Of a stretch of DNA of 64,000 nt, positions 41,718 to 50,717 are shown one piece after another. Location: positions 2,816,001 to 2,880,000 of the forward strand of contig OY970166.1 in NCBI GenBank assembly GCA_963706595.1. The letters run 5' to 3'. Both the position numbers and the translations under genes were made by a program. Under the pieces are notes generated by a model. That model did no database searches and was not told where the DNA came from. It saw only the letters and a list, made by a program, of their open reading frames with translations. Position 1 is the stretch's first letter. Each line of letters begins with the position of its first letter. The DNA is from an uncultured cyanobacterium. GTDB taxonomy: Bacteria; Cyanobacteriota; Cyanobacteriia; Cyanobacteriales; Nostocaceae.

Positions 41718-42851
41718 CTAAGGATTTAATAAAGCTATACAGTCACTTTCAGTCCACCAAGCGTAAATAGGTGTATCACGGTCTGGTAAATTGCCAAAGG
41801 TATTGGGCTGCAAAACATTGATACTCATACCATTGATCAATTCCACAACATAACTAACGTGGGTTCCCAAATACATGACCTTACCCAGCCGAGCTTCAAA
41901 GCAGTTAGTTAATACACTAGGGTGATAAAGTGAAAGTTGGATTTTTTCTGGGCGCACACTCACCACTACGGCTTGAGATAATTCAGTTGGTGTCTCTTGA
42001 CTGCGGGCGACGGTAATTTTAAGTCCCGTTTTCGTCTGAATTTGTATGCTTGAGGATTCGACATGAGTGATTTCACCACTAAATAAATTAGTGTCACCAA
42101 TAAAATCTGCGACAAAGGGCGTTTGGGGCTGTTCGTAAATTTGTCGAGGAGTCCCAACTTGCTCAATTTTGCCTTGATTCATCACGGCGATGCGATCGCT
42201 CAAGGACATAGCCTCTTCCTGATCGTGTGTCACCATGATGAAGGTCAATCCTAAAGTCTTATGTATATTCGATAACTCTAACTGCATCTCTTTACGCAGT
42301 TTTAAGTCTAAAGCCCCCAAAGGTTCATCTAGTAATAAGACAGTGGGGCGATTGACTAAAGCCCTGGCTAACGCCACCCGTTGCTGTTGACCACCAGAAA
42401 GCTGACTGGGAAAGCGCGATCGCAAACTTTCCATTTTGACCAGCATTAAAGCTTCTTTAACTCTAGTTTCGATTTCTGATTTGCTGAATTTTTTGTGGAG
42501 GCGCAGCCCAAAAGCGATGTTATCCCAGACATTTATATGATTAAACAGAGCGTAGCTTTGAAAGACAGTATTCACAGGTCGGCGATAAGCAGGGACATTA
42601 GTCATCGGCTGACCCTGAATCAACACCTTCCCAGCATCAGTCATCTCAAACCCAGCGATTAAGCGTAATATGGTTGTTTTACCACAACCAGAAGGGCCTA
42701 AAATACTAAAGAATTCGCCCTGTCTGATATCTAAATCGACTCCATGTACTGCTGGTTCTTTGTTAAAAAACTTGAACACGTGACGCAGTTCAACATCCAG
42801 TGGTTGAAATGTGGTGATTTTATTTTGATTTTGCGCGACAGTTTGAGTCAT
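41718..42851 (-). CDS. potA: Polyamine ABC transporter ATPase
   Basis: GPSGCGKT, VFQSYALF, LSGGQQQR, LLLDEPLGALD, VTHDQEEA, TOBE-like tail. Confidence 0.92.
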   Translation of the reverse strand: MTQTVAQNQNKITTFQPLDVELRHVFKFFNKEPAVHGVDLDIRQGEFFSILGPSGCGKTTILRLIAGFEMTDAGKVLIQGQPMTNVPAYRRPVNTVFQSYALFNHINVWDNIAFGLRLHKKFSKSEIETRVKEALMLVKMESLRSRFPSQLSGGQQQRVALARALVNRPTVLLLDEPLGALDLKLRKEMQLELSNIHKTLGLTFIMVTHDQEEAMSLSDRIAVMNQGKIEQVGTPRQIYEQPQTPFVADFIGDTNLFSGEITHVESSSIQIQTKTGLKITVARSQETPTELSQAVVVSVRPEKIQLSLYHPSVLTNCFEARLGKVMYLGTHVSYVVELINGMSINVLQPNTFGNLPDRDTPIYAWWTESDCIALLNP

Positions 42852-43206
42852 AATCCTGAGTAGAATGCTCTGATATTAGAATATTTTGTCATTTTAGCGT
42901 CGTCTATTCAAACTTATAATTGGGTAACTAGAGCTGGCTAAGACTGGAGACGAAACAAGCAATTCCCAATTCCCAATTCCCAGGGGGATTTAAACCCTCA
43001 TGGAAACACAAACTACGTGCAGAGGTAAACCCTGGGCGTGCTGTGTAAGGTAGGGGTATTAGACCCTTTGCTGATTGATAAATTATGCAGTATAAAAGTT
43101 GCTTGAAAGTGCATAGGTCAGGCGATCGCTTTGGTGCTAAATCCCTAGCAAGCATTTAGCATAATTCTATACATATTAATACTAGTTTAGAAAATTTATT
43201 TGTCTT

Positions 43207-45015
43207 ATGACCTTATTACAACCATCCCCACTTGGCGGCAAAAAAGATATCCGGACAGTAGGCCGAAATTTTCAGCCAGTATTTTTAATTGCCTTTACCC
43301 TATTCATGACCACTGGAATCGGCGTGCGGTTGGCATATATACAAATTGTCGAAGGAGCGAAACACCGTTCGAGAGCAGAAGCTAACCGAGTGCGGATCAT
43401 TCCCAAACAACCAGAACGGGGTAATATTTTTGACCGTCATGGGCAACTTTTAGCTAGTACGCGTCATCCGCGCTCTGTATATTTGTGGCCAATGGCACAT
43501 ACCAAACCGGGGTGGTCGGTGATCGGTTCACGGCTAGAGAAAATTCTGGATATCCCCAAAGCGGAACTAGAAAAACAATTACAAGCAGCAGGCCCCAACT
43601 CTTCTTCACTCATTCGCATTGCGCGTGACCTGAATGAAGCCCAAATCACAGTTCTCAAAGAGTATCAAAACGAATTAAAAGATGTCGAAATCCATACCGA
43701 AGCAGTTCGCTACTACCCCCACGGCAAAGAGTTAGCCCATGTACTGGGATATACGCGAGAATTAACTGCCGAACAGTTAAAACAAAAGCGGGAATCAGGC
43801 TATCGATTAGGAGATGTCATTGGTCAGATGGGGTCGGAAAAGGCTTACGAAAATCTTCTTCGAGGCGAATGGGGCGGTCAGCAAGTAGAAGTAGATGGCG
43901 CGGGTCGTCCGCTCCGGGTATTGGGAGAAAAAAAGGCAAGGTCGGGTAATGATTTAAATTTAACCATAGATTTAAAACTGCAAATGGCCGCAGACAAAGC
44001 TTTAGGCAATTACAACGGTGCGATCGTGGCAATTGACCCCAAGAATGGCGCAGTTTTAGCAATGGTGTCTCGTCCCACCTTTGACCCCAATATCTTCTCT
44101 AAACAAAAACTGACCCAGAAAGATTGGGAAACTGTCCAAGGTGCAAACCATCCTTTAGTTAATCGCGCTCTGAGTGCTTTTCCGCCCGCCAGTACCTTCA
44201 AAATTGTGACTACGGCGGCTGCGTTGGAATCAGGTAAATTTGCGCCTAACACAATCCTACAAACCTACGGTTCCTTAACCATTGGTGGGACTAGATTTGG
44301 TGAATGGAACCACGCCGGATTTGGTCCTTTAGGTTTTGTGGGCGCAATGCAGTGGAGTAGTGATACTTTCTTTTATCAAACTGCTAGAGCAGTGGGTGGC
44401 CCCACTTTGATTGAATGGACTCGTAAATTTGGATTTGGTCAAAAAACTGGCTTTGATTTTGAATCGGAGGAAAGCAGAGGTTTAGTACCAGACGACGAGT
44501 GGAAACGCAAAACTCGGAAAATGCCTTGGAGTATAGGAGACAGCATTAATATGTCAATTGGCCAAGGTGCTTTGTTAGCTACTCCTTTGCAAGTAGCTGT
44601 CATGTTTGCTGTGCCAGCTAATGGCGGCTATCTAGTTCAACCCCATCTGCTCAAAGATAATGAAGAAGCCAGAAGTTGGCGAGAACCTGTGAAGATGAAA
44701 CCGACAACCCTGAAAATTATCCAAGACGGACTCAGGAAGGTGATCACTGAGGGTACTGGTACAGTTTTGGATAAACCCACACTTCCCCCAGTCGCGGGTA
44801 AAACAGGCACAGCCGAAGCCTGGCAGCGTGGGGTGAAAAAAAATCATGCTTGGTTTGGTGCTTATGCCCCAGCAGACAAGCCAGAAGTCCTGATCGTCGT
44901 TTTTACTGAACATTCTGGTGGTGGTGGTGGTAGTCTGGCTGGCCCGATGCTTTTAGAAATTATGGAAGACTACTTTCAACGCAAGTACCCTGGTAAGTAT
45001 CAAAAGCCAAATTAA
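43207..45015 (+). CDS. mrdA: Penicillin-binding protein 2
   Basis: N-terminal TM; RGNIFDR; RYYPHG; PASTFK (SxxK); SSD; KTGTAE. Confidence 0.93.
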   Translation: MTLLQPSPLGGKKDIRTVGRNFQPVFLIAFTLFMTTGIGVRLAYIQIVEGAKHRSRAEANRVRIIPKQPERGNIFDRHGQLLASTRHPRSVYLWPMAHTKPGWSVIGSRLEKILDIPKAELEKQLQAAGPNSSSLIRIARDLNEAQITVLKEYQNELKDVEIHTEAVRYYPHGKELAHVLGYTRELTAEQLKQKRESGYRLGDVIGQMGSEKAYENLLRGEWGGQQVEVDGAGRPLRVLGEKKARSGNDLNLTIDLKLQMAADKALGNYNGAIVAIDPKNGAVLAMVSRPTFDPNIFSKQKLTQKDWETVQGANHPLVNRALSAFPPASTFKIVTTAAALESGKFAPNTILQTYGSLTIGGTRFGEWNHAGFGPLGFVGAMQWSSDTFFYQTARAVGGPTLIEWTRKFGFGQKTGFDFESEESRGLVPDDEWKRKTRKMPWSIGDSINMSIGQGALLATPLQVAVMFAVPANGGYLVQPHLLKDNEEARSWREPVKMKPTTLKIIQDGLRKVITEGTGTVLDKPTLPPVAGKTGTAEAWQRGVKKNHAWFGAYAPADKPEVLIVVFTEHSGGGGGSLAGPMLLEIMEDYFQRKYPGKYQKPN

Positions 45016-45032
45016 TATCCTCCCCACCCTAT

Positions 45033-45193
45033 CTACGGTGTACACACAAATCATTAAATTACTCCAAATCTTTTTTGTAGGGTGTGTTGTCGCGTAGCGC
45101 AACGCACCATCCTAGATTTTCGGTGTGTTATGGACGTTAGTCCTAACACACCCTACCCAAATAAAGGTTTTTAGACTTGTGTGTACACGTTAG
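45033..45193. mobile_element. 161-bp MITE with 20-bp TIRs and a near-perfect 9-bp target duplication, carrying a REP doublet
   Basis: TIRs CTACGGTGTACACACAAATC / GACTTGTGTGTACACGTTAG; flanks CCACCCTAT (45024-45032) and CCACCCTCT (45194-45202). Confidence 0.75.
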
Positions 45194-45241
45194 CCACCCT
45201 CTAGAGGAATGGGGATTCTGCGATCGCTTCAGGTCGCGATA

Positions 45242-45646
45242 CTAGGGTTTTTGAGTGGAAATTGCTAACTTCGCCCCTTTGACCTGACGCACCCGATCCA
45301 TAATTGCCACTACCTGACCATGCCCTACTTTCTCATCAGCATTAATAATTACCAATGCTTCTGAGTTAGAACCAATAATAGTCCGTAATTGCTCTGCTAA
45401 AGAATCAACTTTACTAGGTTCACGATTAACGCTAATTACTCCGTTTTCCTCTACGGTGACGGTAATCTTCATGGGAATTTGCTGTTGTGTGGCGGTAGTT
45501 GCCGTAGGTAAATTCACGGGCAAACCTTCAGACCGAGTTAAAAACAGCGTTGACATGATAAAAAACGTTAAAATCGCAAAGATGACATCAATCATCGGTA
45601 AGATGTTGATCTGTGCTGGTAAATCTGCTTCATCGGGTAGACGCAT
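45242..45646 (-). CDS. exbD: ExbD/TolR family protein
   Basis: INILPMIDVIFAILTFF, VNLP, INAD, VVAIMD. Confidence 0.92.
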   Translation of the reverse strand: MRLPDEADLPAQINILPMIDVIFAILTFFIMSTLFLTRSEGLPVNLPTATTATQQQIPMKITVTVEENGVISVNREPSKVDSLAEQLRTIIGSNSEALVIINADEKVGHGQVVAIMDRVRQVKGAKLAISTQKP

Positions 45647-46283
45647 AATTCCTCTCTCCTCGTTCGTAGCGGCGGCGGTAAAGTAACTCTAATTGTCCCC
45701 CATACTCTTGAATGAGTGCTATTTGACGGACATATAAACCCCGGAAGGAGTTGGCAAATAAGAGTGTAAATATCGCCACTACCAATCCTGTGGCTGTAGA
45801 AACCAACGCTTCACTGATACCAGCAGTTACACCTGTGGTTTTCGTTCCTCCCACATCACCAATATCTAGGGAAGCAAAGGACGCAATCAATCCTAATACA
45901 GTCCCTAGTAGACCTAATAGTGGTGCTAAACCAATAATTGTCTCAAAGATGTTTTGAAAGCGTTTGAGTAAAGGTATCTCTGCTTGGGCTTCACTTTCTA
46001 ACGCCAAACGAAATTCTTCAGGATTTGGTTCTTCCAATTCCAACGCCGCCAGAAAAATCCGTGCTAAGGGCAAATCGGCATTTTTTTGGAGTTTATCGAT
46101 TGCACCAACTACGTTATCTAGCCGATAAAGTTTCAATACCTCTCTAATGACACTGCTTTGACGGTTATTGATTCTCACCCAAAACCGGATACGTTCAACA
46201 ATTAGCGCCACGGCTAACACTGAAAACCCGAACAGCGGCCACATTACTACACCGCCAGCCGTAAACAGATTATTAATTCCCAT
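45630..46283 (-). CDS. exbB: MotA/TolQ/ExbB proton channel protein
   Basis: GGVVMWPL, APLLGLLGTVLGLI, GISEALVSTATGL; overlaps the exbD start. Confidence 0.92.
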   Translation of the reverse strand: MGINNLFTAGGVVMWPLFGFSVLAVALIVERIRFWVRINNRQSSVIREVLKLYRLDNVVGAIDKLQKNADLPLARIFLAALELEEPNPEEFRLALESEAQAEIPLLKRFQNIFETIIGLAPLLGLLGTVLGLIASFASLDIGDVGGTKTTGVTAGISEALVSTATGLVVAIFTLLFANSFRGLYVRQIALIQEYGGQLELLYRRRYERGERNYASTR

Positions 46284-46341
46284 CTAATGCCTCGTCACAA
46301 ATAATTAATACACATCCAGATGAGTTGAATCTTCAGGCAAA

Positions 46342-46358
46342 TTGATACTTTTTGTCAA
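46342..46358. promoter_or_regulatory. Candidate Fur box upstream of exbBD
   Basis: TTGATACTTTTTGTCAA, two mismatches from a TTGANAATNATTNTCAA-type consensus, about 60 bp upstream of exbB. Confidence 0.4.
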
Positions 46359-46438
46359 GAGAGTATCAAGGGTTATTAAAAATCACTTTCAATTTTATGA
46401 ATAAATTTCCCCATTTACCAGTGTTTTACTGTGAAAAA

Positions 46439-47620
46439 TTAGACTGATGGTTCTTGGTATTTGACTCCTCTTTTTTTATGCCGATACTCAGCAACGATAG
46501 GATAAACTATGCTGCGTAACCGATTGATTGCGCCGACAGGACGATGTACTGCGAGACCATTCCAAACAGAAAAGCGCAGATTTTCTCCAAAGTCGTCTTC
46601 TTGGGGAGAGTGAATGTTCTGATGTTTAACTGTCAGACGACCAACTGTAAAGAAGGGTGATTCCTCTTCATTCCACGTAATGGTAGTATCATCAATGGAC
46701 ATCTCTGGGCTAGTTTGAAATTGGATTTGAAAGTCCCAATAGTATTCAGCATCAGGCTTTGCTAAAGCTTGAGTTAGTTCCTCTCGGTAGTGGTTGTCTT
46801 CTGAGCCTAATGCTTTGGCACGCTTAAGTTCGCTTTCTGGTCTGGGCTGGAAAGGAAGCTGTTGATGAGGTGATTGACTAGAAACCGGAGTAAATGCATA
46901 TTTAATTACAGCTGGATATTCCATAGGAACTAGACTCGTTTTTGTGGGATCAAAATCTGATTTGAGTCCTATAGAATAGGCTGAAGCACTCCAATAACGT
47001 TCTGTGAGCAAACTATTAGGAGTTCGTTTGAAACCATTTTTTAGAAGTGAGAATTCATGGGGATTGAACAGTAGCCATAAAAGCGTGGACAGCTTCAGAA
47101 ATGGAGATAGCCCTGATCGATAAACCGCTAAAAAAAAGCTGTAAAACTTTTTAATGGTTTTCACAAAAAAGAATTCGACATTGTGGACAATAATATCTTG
47201 GGTTTTTGACTCGTGACTTTGCTCTAGTCGTTCTCCTTCTACCCCGATTATTTTTACAGCCATCGATCGCGTATCTGGTTCATAATCATTTTTAACTGAA
47301 AAAGCACCATTAGCAAATCGTAACCACACCGGATATTGTTTTGGGTTGGCAAATAAACCTTGTTTGAGGGAAATGGCTGAAAGTTGAGCTTCTGTTAATG
47401 AGGTGCGTTTGCTCAGTTCTTGTTTAATTACTGCTTCATCAAAGTCAAAGATTTCTAGAGTTCCTTGAACAGCCGCGTGGGTTTTAGCATGAGTATCTCT
47501 CTTGGCGGGTTCTTTTTTCTCGTCCCCGTAAAGATTTTCCATTCGCTTTGTAGCTAGGTCACTCATGAGATGGGAGTATTTGAGTTCGTCTTTTTCTGGG
47601 TATTCGGTAAATAGTTTCAT
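46439..47620 (-). CDS. Catalase-related heme protein (fatty-acid hydroperoxide lyase / allene oxide synthase type)
   Basis: RDTHAK (Thr before distal His, as in coral cAOS, versus Val in true catalases), WLRFAN, QDI..HN, proximal RLRSIVY; small size (393 aa). Confidence 0.85.
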   Translation of the reverse strand: MKLFTEYPEKDELKYSHLMSDLATKRMENLYGDEKKEPAKRDTHAKTHAAVQGTLEIFDFDEAVIKQELSKRTSLTEAQLSAISLKQGLFANPKQYPVWLRFANGAFSVKNDYEPDTRSMAVKIIGVEGERLEQSHESKTQDIIVHNVEFFFVKTIKKFYSFFLAVYRSGLSPFLKLSTLLWLLFNPHEFSLLKNGFKRTPNSLLTERYWSASAYSIGLKSDFDPTKTSLVPMEYPAVIKYAFTPVSSQSPHQQLPFQPRPESELKRAKALGSEDNHYREELTQALAKPDAEYYWDFQIQFQTSPEMSIDDTTITWNEEESPFFTVGRLTVKHQNIHSPQEDDFGENLRFSVWNGLAVHRPVGAINRLRSIVYPIVAEYRHKKRGVKYQEPSV

Positions 47621-47713
47621 TTGGGAAAATATCGGATTAATTAATCAATTGAGTTGATTCGTAGGATACGTTACACTTCTGTATGACGTACCCTACAGAA
47701 TGGGAGTGTTCAA

Positions 47714-49342
47714 TTAAAGGTCAAAAGTAACTTTGTACTTTTTATCTGATGCCGGAACATTCCGATTAACTAAATCTGAGACTGTGTTGGTATTCTGAAT
47801 AATTTCCCAACCCACAGGCGAAAAAGTCTCTTTATTGAAAATATTGGGTGATAGTAAAGGATTAGTTAAGGCCTGAGAAAAGGCATCAATTCCAATTAAG
47901 CGTGCTACTAGGGGAGGGATAGTTGAATTTTCTCGCCCATCCTCGGCATAAAGTCCGACAAAGAATTCAATCTGATCAACATGACCATATAATTCTTTGA
48001 GTTTCTGTTGAGCAAATTCATCGCTGGTAACTTGTTCAAATTTAGTTACTCTGGGAAAACCACACATTTCACGATAATCGTTGTAGCTTGCTAATTGTAG
48101 CTGTCTTCCCAGTCGAATTGAGGGTAATTCAGTTAATTCAACTAATATGTCAGGGGTGTTAAATAAACCAATTTTTGTACCTGGTTGAGAACAAGTTTCT
48201 TCCATCAATGCCCCTAAACCTTGGTCAATAAACATTTTATTGTTCCAAAGAGATGCAGCAATATGGGTTGGTTTACCGTTATAGTTAAAAGTCTCTGGAA
48301 TCGCACTATGCCAGCGATAAACAAAGTCAAACTCAATGGCCATATAATTGGTACGATGCCAACTTTCCTTAGTAAAAGCTTCAGGATCGGCAAATAACTT
48401 AAAGTGATAAGGAGTGATGTGGTTAATGTACTCTTCCATGATGATTTTAAGAATCATTGCCATGAGAATATTTCTCGATGTTTGAAAGAGTCGTTCATCA
48501 TCCCAATCTGGATAATTGCTTGCTAGTTGCTCACAAAGACGATTATGTTCCCGAAGACAAAGAGTATTGAGCATGACATAGCCAATTTGCACATTTGCTC
48601 GTTCTACTCCCATCGCAAACATATATTGTTTTTTATCTACGGACTGTCTTTTTTCATCATTAAGGGGTTGATAAAGACCGTCAAATTCAGGCTTAACTTG
48701 ATCCTGGGCTGCATCAGCATAATAAAACAGGGGATATTCTTCTTCTACACCATCTTGGCGTTTGAGTTTCTGAGTTTTTAATTTACCTCCTTGAAAACTT
48801 CTTAACAGATGTGTTTGTTTCCTGGTTAAACCATAAACATTACACAAATCAATTTCATGGTTGGAAGTATTTTTTAGTTTATTTAAATGATCAATGCGAA
48901 GGAAGCTATCTGTAAACCACTGTACCCAATAGGGAAACAACATGGTTGATTTGCTTGAATAAATGGTTTTACCATCTTTTTTGCGAAATAAAATAGCTAG
49001 GTCTTCAACTTTAGGTAAATTCCCCTCAGCGTTTAACTTGGGGTCTGGTGGGAGATGTCTTCCTGTGTAAGTGCGATCGTTGAGTGATTCCCAGGAGGTA
49101 TAAGTATCAGTTTTTTTGGGGATTTTAGTATCAGGGATATACTCATCTAGAGTCATCATACTGTAGGGATTAGGACGAGTCGGAATTTTATAGATGAGAC
49201 TATTAAGCAGAGTTTTGTTAACTTTACGTTTTAGAGATTCGTTGCTTTGGAGAAGTTGCCAAAATCCTTTAAAGTTTGTTAACAGTAATGTTTGAAGTTT
49301 GTTGCCTAAACCGTCTTTGGATGTGTCTCTTTTGCCAGCCAT
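47714..49342 (-). CDS. Cyclooxygenase-related heme fatty-acid dioxygenase (linoleate 10S-dioxygenase-like)
   Basis: EFDFVYRWH (COX Tyr385/His388 equivalents), LREHNRLC, WDDERLFQTSR, IDLCNVYG, SYNDYR, IEFFVGLYAE. Confidence 0.9.
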   Translation of the reverse strand: MAGKRDTSKDGLGNKLQTLLLTNFKGFWQLLQSNESLKRKVNKTLLNSLIYKIPTRPNPYSMMTLDEYIPDTKIPKKTDTYTSWESLNDRTYTGRHLPPDPKLNAEGNLPKVEDLAILFRKKDGKTIYSSKSTMLFPYWVQWFTDSFLRIDHLNKLKNTSNHEIDLCNVYGLTRKQTHLLRSFQGGKLKTQKLKRQDGVEEEYPLFYYADAAQDQVKPEFDGLYQPLNDEKRQSVDKKQYMFAMGVERANVQIGYVMLNTLCLREHNRLCEQLASNYPDWDDERLFQTSRNILMAMILKIIMEEYINHITPYHFKLFADPEAFTKESWHRTNYMAIEFDFVYRWHSAIPETFNYNGKPTHIAASLWNNKMFIDQGLGALMEETCSQPGTKIGLFNTPDILVELTELPSIRLGRQLQLASYNDYREMCGFPRVTKFEQVTSDEFAQQKLKELYGHVDQIEFFVGLYAEDGRENSTIPPLVARLIGIDAFSQALTNPLLSPNIFNKETFSPVGWEIIQNTNTVSDLVNRNVPASDKKYKVTFDL

Positions 49343-49414
49343 AATTATTTCTCCCTGTTTTTTCCAATTTTGTATGCAATGTACTCAAAATTTATCTACT
49401 TCGATCAACCAAAT

Positions 49415-50443
49415 TTATTCTAAATCTTGCAGTTTAGAAATAATTTTTTGGAGATTTTTGGGTTGATAATCTTTGCGGCTTTTCAATCGCTTGATCGTGC
49501 TTTCATGAAGGTCTTCAATGACATCGCTGACATCACGAAACTTGATTCCTGCAAGTTTAAAGAATCCAGGATCATTTTTAAAGTCACATTCATAATTGGG
49601 GTTAATACCTGTGGGAATCATATTTATATCGAAGTCAAGCCCCAATTTCATTTCACTGATGCAGTCAATCATCCACTGTAAGACAGTATCTGATAACCCA
49701 ATATGTTCTTCGGTTCCACCACCAATGCAGCCGTGACTACCGGGGAACCACTTTTGAATCACCCTCTGGCTTTGGTTGTCGGCTTCGGGATGCTTTTGCA
49801 TGGGGGTGACATCAAAAACTTTGCGGAGTTCGTCGATGGCCATAGCGTGCAAGGCATTTTGAACACATTTGTTTAATGTAGTGTCATGGAATTTGTACCG
49901 CTTATTCAGCTGCTCGTTCAATTTGCTGAAGAAGGGTATGCCAATTCCAGGAATACCAAGGGCCCCAACTGTGTCAAAACAACCGAGCAAGGTGATGGAG
50001 ACGCGATCGCCGTAAGATTTTCGGTATTGGGTTGCTTCGTGATCACTGGGTTTAACACTCCGTTTACGGTAAAGCTCGTAAGCTTCATGTGCTTTGGTGA
50101 TATTGCTGCGGTCTAGAAGACCAGAACAATAGATCATCCCCGCGAGGCTTCTAACTGTGTATGCACCGCGACTGAAACCGAACAGATAGATTTCGTCACC
50201 AGGAGTATAATTGAGGCTCAGAAATCGGTAGCCATCTTCTATATTTTTATCGATTCCGGCTCCGGTAATTCCCCCTGCAACTTTTTGACTCTCGGTGCCA
50301 ATGCCCGCGTCATAAAATACGATCTGTGTAATTCCATCGTTGGCGACTGGTTTCACAGATTGAGCTAATTTCACCACGTTGCTTGGGCAAGGACTTGCTA
50401 AATTTTGCCAAGTTCCATCACAACAAACCACTAGACGTTTCAT
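49415..50443 (-). CDS. DUF2235 / Tle1-like alpha-beta hydrolase (putative phospholipase)
   Basis: KRLVVCCDGTW, SNV, GFSRGAY nucleophile elbow, FDTV, HAMAIDELR, WFPGSHGCIG. Confidence 0.9.
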   Translation of the reverse strand: MKRLVVCCDGTWQNLASPCPSNVVKLAQSVKPVANDGITQIVFYDAGIGTESQKVAGGITGAGIDKNIEDGYRFLSLNYTPGDEIYLFGFSRGAYTVRSLAGMIYCSGLLDRSNITKAHEAYELYRKRSVKPSDHEATQYRKSYGDRVSITLLGCFDTVGALGIPGIGIPFFSKLNEQLNKRYKFHDTTLNKCVQNALHAMAIDELRKVFDVTPMQKHPEADNQSQRVIQKWFPGSHGCIGGGTEEHIGLSDTVLQWMIDCISEMKLGLDFDINMIPTGINPNYECDFKNDPGFFKLAGIKFRDVSDVIEDLHESTIKRLKSRKDYQPKNLQKIISKLQDLE

Positions 50444-50717
50444 AGTGTTTTAAAGTCTTTGAGTAATTAGAAATGATGATATTCCGTTGCCAACAATAAA
50501 GCCGTCAACAAGACGATATCTGCCAAACTGTTGGCATACTGCGTCGAATGGGTTCCGGGGTATTTACGGGTCAAGACTCGTAAATTCGCGGTTTGTCATC
50601 GGTATTAATAGTATATTCCATAAGTTTAAGGCATCCACGAGATTTTTCAGGATTTTTCTCATGGATGCTTTTGAACGCTATGATCTGACAGGTAACTAGA
50701 TGCGATGGCAATTTAGA

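Noticed and set aside
46439..47620. True H2O2 catalase
   Set aside because: Short, has Thr before the distal His, and is adjacent to a fatty-acid dioxygenase, fitting hydroperoxide-metabolising catalase relatives.
49415..50443. DUF2235 gene as a type VI secretion effector
   Set aside because: No vgrG, PAAR, hcp or immunity gene nearby; the context points to lipid metabolism.
50487..50699. 70-aa plus-strand ORF between carboxypeptidase and DUF2235
   Set aside because: TTG start, no RBS or motif, and it lies antisense within a probable promoter region.
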